DNA of 64,000 bases, taken from assembly GCA_963820435.1 (NCBI GenBank), contig CAWGAC010000020.1:23523-87522 (forward strand), read 5' to 3'. Under the pieces are notes generated by a model, which saw only the letters and a list, made by a program, of their open reading frames with translations, was not told the origin of the DNA and made no database searches. Source of the DNA: an uncultured Spirochaetota bacterium. Its GTDB lineage: Bacteria; Spirochaetota; Spirochaetia; SZUA-6; Fen-1364. This document shows, piece after piece, positions 51,079-61,862 of the stretch. Made by a program: the position numbers and the translations under genes. The stretch's first letter is position 1, and each line of letters opens with the position of its first letter.

Positions 51079-52939
51079 GTGACAGAAGTCGTTCTCAAAA
51101 TCATCGAAGAGTTCTCCGATGGCTTTCTCATTCTCAACGAGGACGGCCGGATAGTCTTTTTCAACGAGCTGCTCCTGAAAACAATGGGGCTGCGAAGCGC
51201 GGACATTTTTGCCCATGAAGCGGATTTTCTTGCCCATCTGGGGATCGCCGCCCCGTACGAGCCTTCCGAGCGCGAAGTGCTTGTGGAGGACCGCGACGGC
51301 ACACCCCGACGTCTGCTCGTGTCGACGCTTGCCGTGGACGGGAACAGAGGCCAGTACATACTGGCGCGCATCAAGACGGCTCCCTCGAAGGGCAACGGCT
51401 CCTCGGGGCTCGCGCGGAGGGAGCTCGAGCAGCTCTTCCGCAACATCGGGGACCCTCTGATCACCGCGGATCTCGGCGGCGTGATCACCTGCGCGAATCC
51501 TTCCTTCTACAAGATGATCGAGTGGGAACAGGGAAAGGACCTTCCCAACATAGCCGAGCTCTACGCCCATTCCGCGGAGCTGGAGGACAAGATCCTGCGG
51601 CTCGCGGAGTCGGACATGGTCTTCAATCTGGACACGCACTTCGTGACCAGGGCCAAGCAGGCAAGACGCGTGTTGGACACCTCGTGGGTGCTGCGCGACG
51701 ATCGCGGCGTCGTCACGGGCTATACGAGCCACTTCAAGGACCTCACCTACGTCAAGAATCTCGAGACGCGCCTGAAAATTTCCGAGCGCAACTACATCGT
51801 GCTCTTCGATACGATCCTCTCCTCGATCGTCATGATAGACCCGTCCGGGAAAGATCCTCAACTGCAACTACTACGCGGAAGAAATGTATGGCTACCGCTG
51901 GGCCGATCTTGTCGGGAAGCACTTCGACGAAGTGTTTCACGCGCACGGCAAGAGTCTTCGCGTCCTGCAGATCATTGCGCTGGTGGACGGAAACAAAGGA
52001 AGGTACGTGGAGACGGACGTTCCGCGCAAGTGCAGGGACGGATCCATCAAGTTTACCTACGCATCGTACTCCGCCCTCACCAGCACAACCGGAGAGATAA
52101 TCGCCTATGCCATCATGGAAAGGGACTTGAGCGAGCGCGTCCGGCTGGAAAAGAAGCTGCAGGACTCGTTCCAGCAGATCAGGGACACCCAGTCAGCGGC
52201 CATACTCGGGTTCGCGCGCCTCACCGAGTACAGGGACATGGACACCGGCAAGCACCTCGAGCGCCTGCGCGAATACACGCGCGTCCTTGCCCTCGGCCTG
52301 GCAAAGCTGCCCAAGTACTCGGGGTACATCACCGCGGACTACGTGGATGACCTCTGCCTCTCCTCGGTGCTGCATGACGTGGGCAAAGTGGGAATCGAGG
52401 ATGCGGTGCTGCGAAAGCCGGGCAAGCTCAGCCCGGCGGAGTTCGAAAAGATCAAGCAGCATGCCCGGCTTGGAGGAGAAGCGTTGAGCGCGGTGGATAG
52501 CGAGCTGAAGCAGCAGTCGTTTCTGACCATCGGCAAGGAGATCGCCTTCTCCCATCATGAGCGCTGGGACGGTTCGGGTTATCCGGCGGGAAAGAAACGC
52601 GACCAGATACCGCTCTCGGCCAGGATCGTGGCCCTTGCGGACGTCTACGACGCACTCACGAGCAAGCGCAGCTACAAGGATGCGCTCCCCCATGAAGAAG
52701 CCGTGCGGATCATCGTGTCGGAACGGGGAACGCATTTCGACCCGGAAATCGTGGATGTTTTCGAGCAGAACCTCGATGCGTTCCGCCGCATCCATCTGCT
52801 GGAGTCGTTCAAAACGGGCCTCCGGAAGCATGGACGACATCCTGAAAGCGGGCCGCGCATAGAACGCGCAGGCGGCGCAAACGTCGCGGCGCTTACTTTC
52901 GCCCCGCCCTGCTTCCTGATATACTCACGCGCGGGATGA
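51079..52939 (+). CDS. PAS-PAS-HD-GYP c-di-GMP phosphodiesterase, frameshifted near 51870
   Basis: GTG start. PAS segments (GFLILNEDGRIVFFN; LITADLGGVITCANPS). HD-GYP motifs LHDVGKVG and HHERWDGSGYP. Confidence 0.8.
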
Positions 52940-54428
52940 CCTCCAGGATCGACATCGCCGAGATACAGAAGGCCGCCCTCAGGTCGATTCCCCTCACATT
53001 CCGGCTCACCAGCCTCCCCCACGAGTCCCACGCGCTTCTGGACAGGATTCTGGAAGTGTACCTGGAGGAACTGGGACAGGAGAAGATCCTCGAGCCCCTC
53101 TCGTACTGCCTCAAGGAGCTCATCATCAACGCGCAGAAGGCGAACACCAAGCGACTGTACTTCGAGGAGAAGGGGCTCGATATCACGGGTACGAGGACCG
53201 AGTACGAGACCGGGATGAGGGATTTCCGCCGTGAATCAGCCGAGCGGCTGGAGCACTGGCTGAGCCTCCTGAAGGAAAGGGGCCTGGTCATCGGGGTCAC
53301 CTTTCATACAACAGGGGGATGTCTCGCCATCTCCGTGCGCAACAGCGCCGAGCTCACGCCCCGTGAACAGACCCGCATCTACGACAGAATCGCGCGTGCC
53401 CGGGCGTTTCATTCCTTCGTGGAGGCGCTCGCCCAGCCGCTCGATTCCTCGGAGGGCGCCGGGCTCGGCATTCTCATCCTCCTCCAGTTCCTGAAGAGAA
53501 TCGGCCTGGGCGAGGAGGCATTCGCCATCGAGACGCGCAACGGCGAAACAGTGGCCTCCCTCGCCATCCCGATGAACCAGGGTGCAGCTGGAGAAAATCA
53601 GCGTCCTGACGCAGGCCATCGTGCGGGACGTGGATTCCCTGCCGCATTTTCCCGAGACGATCGTGGAGATCGTTCATATGAGTGAGGATCCGCGCGCGAC
53701 CCTTTCCCGCATTGCCGGGAAGATCGCCACCGATCCCGCCCTCACCGCTGACCTCCTGAAGCTCGTGAACTCCGCCCACTACATGCTGCCCCGCCGGGTG
53801 AACAACATCCTCCAGGCAGTCAAGATCGTCGGGATGAAGGGCCTGCGGAATCTGCTGTACTCCTATGGCGCCCAGCAGATCATGGGTGAGAAGTACGCGG
53901 AGATGAAAACCCTGTGGGATCACTCCTACCGCACCGCGTTCTATGCATTCATGCTCGCGCGCAGCTTCAAGCAGAAGAGCGGATATCCTCGACGACGTGT
54001 ACGTGGCCGGCATCCTGCATGACCTGGGGCAGATCATCGTGACCTACCTGCACCCCGACGCCATGGAACAGATGGCAAAGTTCTGCAAGGAAAAGGATAT
54101 CCCGCTGCGCATTCTCGAGCATTTTTCCTTCGGTCTGAACCATGCCGATATCGGCGCCCTCATTGCCATGAAATGGAATTTCCCCGACCAGCTTGTGCAG
54201 GGCATCAAGTACCATCACGACCCTCTGATGGCGCCGGTGCAATACAAGGATGTCGTGTACTGCGTGTATGTGGCCAACGCATTCTGCGGCCTGGAGCGTG
54301 ACTACATCACGTTCGAGCAATTGGAGAAACCCGTGCTGGGAGACTTCGGCATACGAAGCGAGGAACAGTGCAGAAGGATTCTCGGACGGCTGCAGAAATC
54401 ATTCGACCAGCGGAGAATCAGTTTTTGA
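52936..54428 (+). CDS. histidine-kinase-like ATPase (GHKL) domain fused to an HDOD domain, frameshifted near 53590 and 53990
   Basis: N-box ELIINAQKAN and G-box SEGAGLGILIL. HDOD region: ILHDLGQIIV...HADIGALIAMKWNFP. Confidence 0.65.
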
Positions 54429-54445
54429 AAAACTCCTTCTTTCAC

Positions 54446-54474
54446 TTGACAATCATCCAGAAAACGCATACATA
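54446..54474 (+). promoter_or_regulatory. putative sigma70-type promoter of the ilv-leu leader (TTGACA, 17-bp spacer, TACATA)
   Basis: Perfect -35 hexamer TTGACA at 54446..54451. A -10-like TACATA lies at 54469..54474, 10 bp upstream of the leader ATG. Confidence 0.45.
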
Positions 54475-54483
54475 TACACCGTT

Positions 54484-54576
54484 ATGAGCGGCAGCGCGGG
54501 CTCTCTTTCAATTCTCTGCGGACTCGTCCTTATTGGCGTACTCCTTGTGAGGAGCAGCAGACGCCCGGAAGGGTAG
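54484..54576 (+). CDS. ilv-leu leader peptide (30 aa, Leu/Ile/Val-rich)
   Basis: [30 protein letters not shown] has 11 of 30 residues as L, I or V, including the run [10 protein letters not shown]. It sits between the promoter and the terminator hairpin, and its stop overlaps an antiterminator-capable segment. Confidence 0.6.
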   Translation: MSGSAGSLSILCGLVLIGVLLVRSSRRPEG

Positions 54577-54605
54577 CGCGCAGCCGTTGGCAGATGCAAT
54601 GCGCG

Positions 54606-54640
54606 GGCCGTTCTCCTTCCGGGAGAACGGCCTTTTTTTT
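54606..54640 (+). terminator. attenuator / intrinsic terminator upstream of ilvD
   Basis: ggccgttctcc-ttcc-gggagaacggcc is an 11-12 bp perfect stem, followed by T8. The upstream cccggaaggg (54565..54574) is complementary to the 3' arm of the stem (alternative antiterminator). Confidence 0.7.
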
Positions 54641-54691
54641 CGGAACCCGCGGCGCATGCCGCCGGGTAAGAGCGGAGGAGGCAGCGTCAGG

Positions 54692-56385
54692 ATGGACACA
54701 GCAAAGCGTCGCAGTGCGGTGGTTCAGGAGGGCGCCTCGCGCGCCCCGCACAGGAGCCTGCTCCACGCCCTGGGGTGGGACGGCGGAGCCCTCGGCAGGC
54801 CGGTCATCGGGATCGCCAACTCGTACAGCGAGCTGGTCCCCGGCCATCGCGATCTTCGAAGGATCGTGGAAAGCGTCCGCGAAGGCATCTGGTCGGAGGG
54901 CGGGGTGGCGTGCGAGTTCGGCACCATCGGCGGTGTGCGACGGAATCGCCATGGGGCACGAGGGGATGAAGTATTCGCTGCCCAGCCGCGACCTGATCGC
55001 GGACTCGGTGGAGATCGTCGCCCAGGCCCACGCGCTGGACGGCCTGGTCCTTGTCGGAAGCTGCGACAAGATCGTGCCCGGCATGCTCATGGCCGCGGCG
55101 CGGCTGGACATTCCCTCGGTCATCGTCTCCGGGGGGCCCATGCTCGCGGGAGACTGCGACGGCAAAGAGGTGGGGCTGGAGGCGGTATTCGAGGCGGTCG
55201 GCCGTCACGGCGCGGGGAGAATGACTGATCGCGAGCTGGCGCGGCTGGAAACACGCGCATGCCCGGGCTGCGGCTCCTGTGCCGGCCTGTTCACGGCGAA
55301 CACGATGAACTGCCTCTCCGAGGCGCTGGGGATCGCTCTCCCCGGGCAACGGGACCATTCCCGCCGTGTACGCGGACCGGTGCCATCCTCGCCCGGGAGA
55401 CGGGCCGGGCCGCCGTGCGGGCGGTCCGCGCAGGGACTCACCGCCGCGCAAGGTGCTTACGCGCGCCGCCTTTCTCAATGCGGTCGCCCTTGACATGGCC
55501 CTCGGCGGCTCCACGAACACCGCGCTCCACCTGCCTGCAATTGCCGCCTCCGCGGGCGTTCCCCTCTCACTGGACGATTTCGACGAAATGAGCGCGAAGG
55601 TCCCTCATCTCTGCGCGCTGGCCCCTTCGGGGCCGTACTACATGGAGCACCTTCACTCTGCCGGCGGAGTCATGGCGGTGATGAAGACGCTGGCAGGTAT
55701 GGGACGGATCGACGGGGGCGCGGCCACTGTGACAGGTTCCCCGCTCTCTTCATCTTACGAAGGAGCGCCGGCGCCTGATGGAAAATATATCGCGCACCCG
55801 GAGAAGCCCTACCATGCCGAGGGAGGCCTCGCGGTGCTGAGGGGAAACCTCGCGCCTGAGGGCAGCATCGTAAAAAAGGCCGCGGTGGACCCCTCCATGC
55901 TCGTTCATGAAGGCCCTGCGCGCGTGTTCGATTCTGAGGAGGAGGCGCAGGAAGCGATCCTGGCGAAGAAAGATCAAGCCGGGGGACGTCATAGTGATCC
56001 GCTACGAAGGCCCGCGAGGCGGGCCCGGGATGCGTGAAATGCTCTCCCCCACCGCCGCAATCGCGGGGATCGGCCTGGACCGGGAGGTGGCGCTCATCAC
56101 TGACGGCAGGTTCTCCGGAGCCAGCCGCGGCGCATCAATCGGCCACGTCACGCCCGAGGCCGCGGCCGGCGGCCCCATCGGCAATCGTGCGCGAAGGGGA
56201 CCGCATCAGGGTCGACATCCCGGGAAAGAGGCTGGACCTTCTGATCGATGAGAAGGAATGGAAGATCCGCACGGACGGTTTCCGTCCGCGCGAAACACGG
56301 ACGCTGAGCGCGTTCCTCGACTCGTATGCCCGGGCGTCGGTCCCGCCTCGCATGGCGCCTTGCGCGAAACAGGAGGAGATCCGTC
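54692..56385 (+). CDS. ilvD: dihydroxy-acid dehydratase, multiple frameshifts
   Basis: ATG at 54692 with a [36 protein letters not shown] and [20 protein letters not shown] (Fe-S Cys motif) are present. The C-terminal part is in ORFs 55366..56037 and 56034... Confidence 0.85.
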
Positions 56386-58138
56386 ATGAAACGCTCAGGC
56401 GCGCAGCTCCTCGTCGAGGCTTTGAAAGCGGAGAAGGTCGAAATCATCTTCGGTTTCCCCGGCGGGGTCGTGATCCCCGTGTTCGACGCGCTGTACGGGG
56501 AACGGGAGCTCAGGCTCGTCCTGGTCCGCCACGAGCAGGGAGCGGTGCACGCGGCGGACGGCTACGCGCGGTCCACGGGCCGGGTCGGCGTCTGTCTTGT
56601 CACGAGCGGACCCGGGGCCACCAACACGGTGACGGGGCTGGCGACCGCCAATTTCGACTCGGTGCCGCTCGTCGTGCTCACCGGGCAGGTCTCGCGCAAC
56701 ATGATCGGCAACGATGCATTCCAGGAAGCCGACATCGTCGGAATCTCGCGCTCGGTCACCAAGCACAACTACCTGGTCACCGACCGCAAGGACCTCGGCA
56801 GGATCCTGAGGGAGGCCTTCTACATCGCGCGGAGCGGGAGACCGGGCCCGGTGCTCGTGGACATCCCCAAGGACGTTCTCATCGAAGCCTCCGCGGAGCC
56901 GCTTCCGGACACCGTTTCCATCCGCGGCTACAACCCCGTGTACAAGGGGCACCCGCTGCAGATCCGGAAGGCGGCGCAGGCCCTTGCAAAGGCGAAAAAA
57001 CCCCTCTTCTACGTGGGCGGCGGCCTGAACATTTCCGGTGCCGCGGAGGTCTTCCGCAAGGTCGTGCAGACGGTGAACGTTCCCACCATCGCTTCTCTCA
57101 TGGGGATCAGCGTTCTCCCGAGCGAGCATCCGCGATTCCTCGGCATGCTCGGCATGCACGGCACGTACGCGGCGAACACGGCTGTTCAGAACTGCGACCT
57201 GCTGTTCGCCATCGGCACCCGATTCGACGACCGGGCCACGGGGGACCTCGCGAAGTTCGCACCCCACGCCACGGTCGTGCACGTCGACATCGACCCTTCC
57301 TCCATCTCGCGCAATGTCGCGGTGGAGATCCCCATCGTGGGAGATGCCCGTACGGTGCTCGAGGAACTCCTGCCTCTGCTCCAGCCCCCGTCCCAGGACG
57401 AATGGCTGCGGGAGACCGACGGGTGGAAACGCGATCACCCGCTGGCGGAGATCGAGGGCAACGGGGCGCCTGTCGCCGACGGCAGTCATCCGCGCCATCG
57501 CCGCGGCCTTTCCCGATGCCATCGTCACAACCGAAGTCGGCCAGAACCAGATGTGGACCGCGCTGTACTATACCTTCCGTGAGCCGCGGTCGTTCCTCAC
57601 CTCGGGCGGCCTGGGCACCATGGGCTACGGGTTTCCCGCGGCCATCGGCGCGCAGCTGGGCAATCCCGGCCGGCGGGTCATCGACATCGCGGGAGACGGC
57701 TCCATCCAGATGAACATCCAGGAGCTGGCCACCGCCGTGACCGAGCGCCTCCCCGTGATCGTCGCCATCCTGAACAACGGCTACCTCGGGCATGGTCCGC
57801 CAGTGGCAGGAGCTTTTCTACAAGCCGACGCTATTCGGGGGTGTGCCTGGAGCGGACCTTCGACTGCCCTCCGGACTGCGCGGAGCCGACCGGGAATTGC
57901 CCGCCGTACGTGCCTGATTTCGTGAAGCTCGCCCAGCGCATACGGCGCGGAGGGAATCCGCGTCACCCGTCCCTCGGAGATCGATGCCGCGCTGGGGGAG
58001 GCGCTCCGGGCCACCGACCGCCCTCTTTTCCTCGACTTCCAGATCGAGCGGGAAGCAAACGTGTGGCCGATGGTGCCGGCAGGCGCCGGCATCGACGAGA
58101 TGATGAACGCCGGAGGATCGGGAAGACAGGGGGTTGGC
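56386..58138 (+). CDS. ilvB: acetolactate synthase large subunit, frameshifted; apparently read through in frame into ilvN
   Basis: ATG at 56386 with an AGGAGGAG RBS. TPP-enzyme N-terminal, central and C-terminal domains ([18 protein letters not shown]; [16 protein letters not shown] in a shifted frame). Confidence 0.85.
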
Positions 58139-58650
58139 ATGAAGCACATCATTTCCCTGCTCGTGGAAAACAAGCAGGGCGTCCTTGCCAGGATTTCCGG
58201 GCTCTTCTCGGGCCGCGGCTACAACCTGGAGAGCATCACCGCGGGTGTCACCACCGACCCCACGGTCTCGCGCATCACCCTGGCCTGCACCGGCGACGAC
58301 GCGGTGGTGGAGCAGATCAAGAAGCAGCTCAACCGGCTGATCGACGTGATCAAGGTCACCGAGCTCACCGACGTGCCCGCGCTGCACCGGGAGCTGATGC
58401 TCATCAAGGTGAGCGCCCGGGGGCGCGCAGCGGGGAGAGATCTTCCAGGTGGCGGACGTGTTCAAGGCCCAGGTCATGGACGTCGGGCCACGACACCATG
58501 TCCGTGGAGCTCACGGGCTCACCCGAAAAGATCGACGACTTCTCTTCCCTGCTGCAGCCCTACGGCATCGTGGAGATCGCGCGCAGCGGGGTCGTCTCCA
58601 TGGAGCGGAGCAAGAAAGCAGGCGGCGCGGCGGCGGCCGTGCGCGCGGAT
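58139..58650 (+). CDS. ilvN: acetolactate synthase small subunit (ACT domain), frameshifted near 58430
   Basis: [36 protein letters not shown]. The C-terminal part is in the 57841..58710 frame. The end is approximate. Confidence 0.75.
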
Positions 58651-58676
58651 GCACGAAGAGAGAAAGGAGGATCGTC

Positions 58677-60215
58677 ATGGACCGTATTGCGATTTTCGAC
58701 ACCACGCTGAGGGACGGCGAGCAGTCGCCGGGCGCTTCGATGAGCGTCGAGCAGAAGCTGGAGATCGCGAGCCAGCTCGCGCGGCTCGGCGTGGACGTGA
58801 TCGAGGCGGGATTTCCCATCTCCTCGCCTCACCAGCTCGAGGGCTGCAAGCTCATTTCGCGTCAGGTCAAAGGGCCCACCATCGCGGCGCTGGCCCGCGC
58901 GCTGGAGAAGGACATCGACTGCGCGGCCGAGGCGCTTCACGACGCCGAGCACCCGCGCATCCACACGTTCATCGCCACCTCGCCCATCCACATGGAATAC
59001 AAGCTCCGCAAGAAACCCGACGAGGTCGTGGAGATGGCCGTCAGCGCGGTGCGCTATGCGCGCGGGAAGGTGGCGGAGGTGGAGTTCTCCCCCGAGGACG
59101 CGACGCGGAGCGAGATCCCGTTCCTCTGCCGGATCATCGAGAAGGTGATCGACGCGGGCGCGCGGATCATCAACATTCCCGACACCGTCGGCTACGCGGT
59201 GCCCAGCGAGTTCGCGCGAGTTCATCAGGAAGATCATGGAAGGGACGCCGAACATGCACAAGGCCGTTCTCTCCGTTCACTGCCATAATGACCTGGGCCT
59301 GGCCGTGGCCAACTCCGTGACCGCGGTTCTGGCGGGCGCCCGCCAGGTGGAGGTGACGGTGAACGGGATCGGCGAGCGCGCGGGAAACGCCTCCCTGGAA
59401 GAGTTCGTCATGGCGCTCAACGTGCGCAAGGACCGCCTGCCCTTCTCCGCCGGGATCAACACGAAGCAGATCTGGAACACCTCGCGCCTGCTCGCCAACA
59501 CCATCGGCTTCCCCATCCCGCGGAACAAGCCCATCACCGGGGAGAACGCGTTTGCGCACGAATCGGGAATCCACCAGGACGGCGTTCTGAAGAAGCGCGA
59601 AACCTACGAGATCATGACGCCGGAATCCGTGGGCAGGGACGCCAGCCAGCTCGTGCTGGGACGGCATTCGGGGCTGCACGGGTTCAAGAACCGGCTGTCG
59701 GAGCTCGGGCTGCCCCTCTCGGAGGAGGAGGCGAAGAAGGCGTACGACGCGTTTCCTCGAGATCGCGGACCGCAAGAAGGAGGTCTACGACGACGACCTG
59801 TACGTCATCGTCGCGGATCAGCTGGGCAAGGAGACGGAGACCTTCAGCCTGGACTACTTCAACATCCAGTCGGGAAACGTCGCCGTGCCGACCGCAACGG
59901 TACGGCATCGCCTCGGGCGGAGAGCGGTTCGAGGAGGCGGCCACGGGTGACGGTCCCGTCGATGCGATCTTCAACGCCATCGACCGGGCGCTCGGGCTCA
60001 CGACGAAGCTCCTCGAGTACGTCGTGCAGGCCGTGACACCCGGCAAGCAGGCAATCGGCGAGGTGAGCGTGTCCCTGGAGATCGACGGAAGAAAGTTCGT
60101 CGGGCAGGGGCGCCTCCACCGACATCCTGGAGGCGAGCGCAAAGGCGTACGTGAATGCGCTCAACAGGTGGAAGGCATACCAGTCCGCTCGAAAGGGAGA
60201 GGATGACGAGAATGA
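58677..60215 (+). CDS. leuA: 2-isopropylmalate synthase, frameshifted (>=3 sites)
   Basis: ATG at 58677 with an [40 protein letters not shown] and a LeuA regulatory tail. Confidence 0.85.
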
Positions 60216-60255
60216 CGCTGTGTGAAAAAGCGCAAGGGAAAGCGCGAGGTGCGAA

Positions 60256-61857
60256 ATGAGCGGGAAGAAGATCATAATCTACGATACGACCCTGCGGGAC
60301 GGCATGCAGGGCCAGGGCATCAATTACACGCTGGAGGACAAGGTCCAGATCGCCCTGGCCATGGACGAGTTCGGCATCGACTACATCGAGGGCGGCTTTC
60401 CGCTGTCCAACCGCAAGGAGGCCGAGTTCTTCCAGCGCATGCGCAAGGAGAACCTGCAGCATGCAAAGGTCGTTGCCTTCGGCTCCACCAGGAAACCGCA
60501 CGGGAAGGCAGCCGCCGATCCCCAGATCGCCGCCCTGCTGCATGCCGAAACCCCCACGGTCATCGTCGTGGGAAAGACCTGGAAGGCTCACGTGCGGCAC
60601 GTGCTGCAGACCACGGAAGAGGAGAACCTCGCGATGATCGCGGACTCCCTCGCAGCGCTGAAAAAGGCAGGGACGGGAGGTCTTCTTCGACCTGGAGCAT
60701 TTCTTCGACGGGTACAAGGACGACCCTGAGTACGCGCTGCGCCGTGCTGACGACCGGCGCATGAGGCGGGCGCAGACTGCCTCGTGCTGTGCGACACGAA
60801 CGGGGGGACGCTGCCTTCGGAGGTGGCGCGCATCATGGGCGAGCTTCGCCTCGCCGAGCTGGGGCCCATCGGCGTCCATTTCCACGACGACACGGGCAAC
60901 GCGGTGGCCAACGCGCTCACCGCCTTGGAGCGCGGAGCGTCGCACGTGCAGGGGACCATCAACGGCTGGGGCGAGCGGTGCGGGAACCTGAACCTCTGCG
61001 TCCTCGTTCCCACCCTCTGCCTGAAGATCGACTGCGAGATCAGCGGCCTGCGCCAACCTGAAGCACCTCACGTCCCTTTCGCGCTTCGTCGCGGAGAAGG
61101 CAAACATCATCCCCGAGAAGCGCCAGCCCTACGTGGGTGAGGCCGCATTCTCCCACAAGGCGGGCCAGCACGCGGACGTCATCAGCAAGGCGCCCGCAGC
61201 TCATGGAGCACATGGACGGCGCCCTCGTGGGCAACGAGCGGCGCGTGCTGCTCTCCGAGCTTGCCGGCAAGTCCACCATCGTGAAGAAGATGGCGCGCTA
61301 CGGGGACTTCGAAAAATCCTCCGAGGTGGTATCGCCGTCTGCTCGAGCAGCTCAAGGAGCTCGAAGAAAAAGGCTACGAATACGAGGCAGCCGAGGCTTC
61401 ATTCGACCTCGTCATCCGCCGGGCCCTCGGGCTGTACAAACCCCTTCTGGAGCTCAGCAACTACCACATGGAGAACTACAAGTCCGGCGACACACCCGCA
61501 AAGACCGTCGGCAGGATTTTCGTCCGCGTCAACGGCAACGTGCTCATGGGAGCCGCGGTGGGCGACGGTCCCGTGGACACACTGAACGGCGCGCTCCGCG
61601 ACGCCCTGCTCCCCCTGCACCCATTCCTGAAGAAGCTGAAGCTCACCGACTATCGCGTGCGCGTGCTCAACCCTGAGAAGGCCACCGCGGCACGGGTGCG
61701 GGTTTTCATCACCACCTCGGACGGCGAGCATACCTGGGACACCGTGGGCGCGGACGAGAACATCATCGAGGCATCCTGGCAGGCGCTCGTGGACGCCGTG
61801 GAGTACTACTACAACAACTTCGTTGTGGAGCGCGAAGAGCGGCAGGCTCCAGGGTAA
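60256..61857 (+). CDS. second IPMS-family enzyme, CimA/LeuA2-type ((R)-citramalate synthase-like), multiple frameshifts
   Basis: MSGKKIIIYDTTLRDGMQGQGINYTLEDK...GIDYIEGGFPLSN. The C-terminal LeuA_dimer domain is in ORF 61468..61857. Confidence 0.7.
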
Positions 61858-61862
61858 GACGA

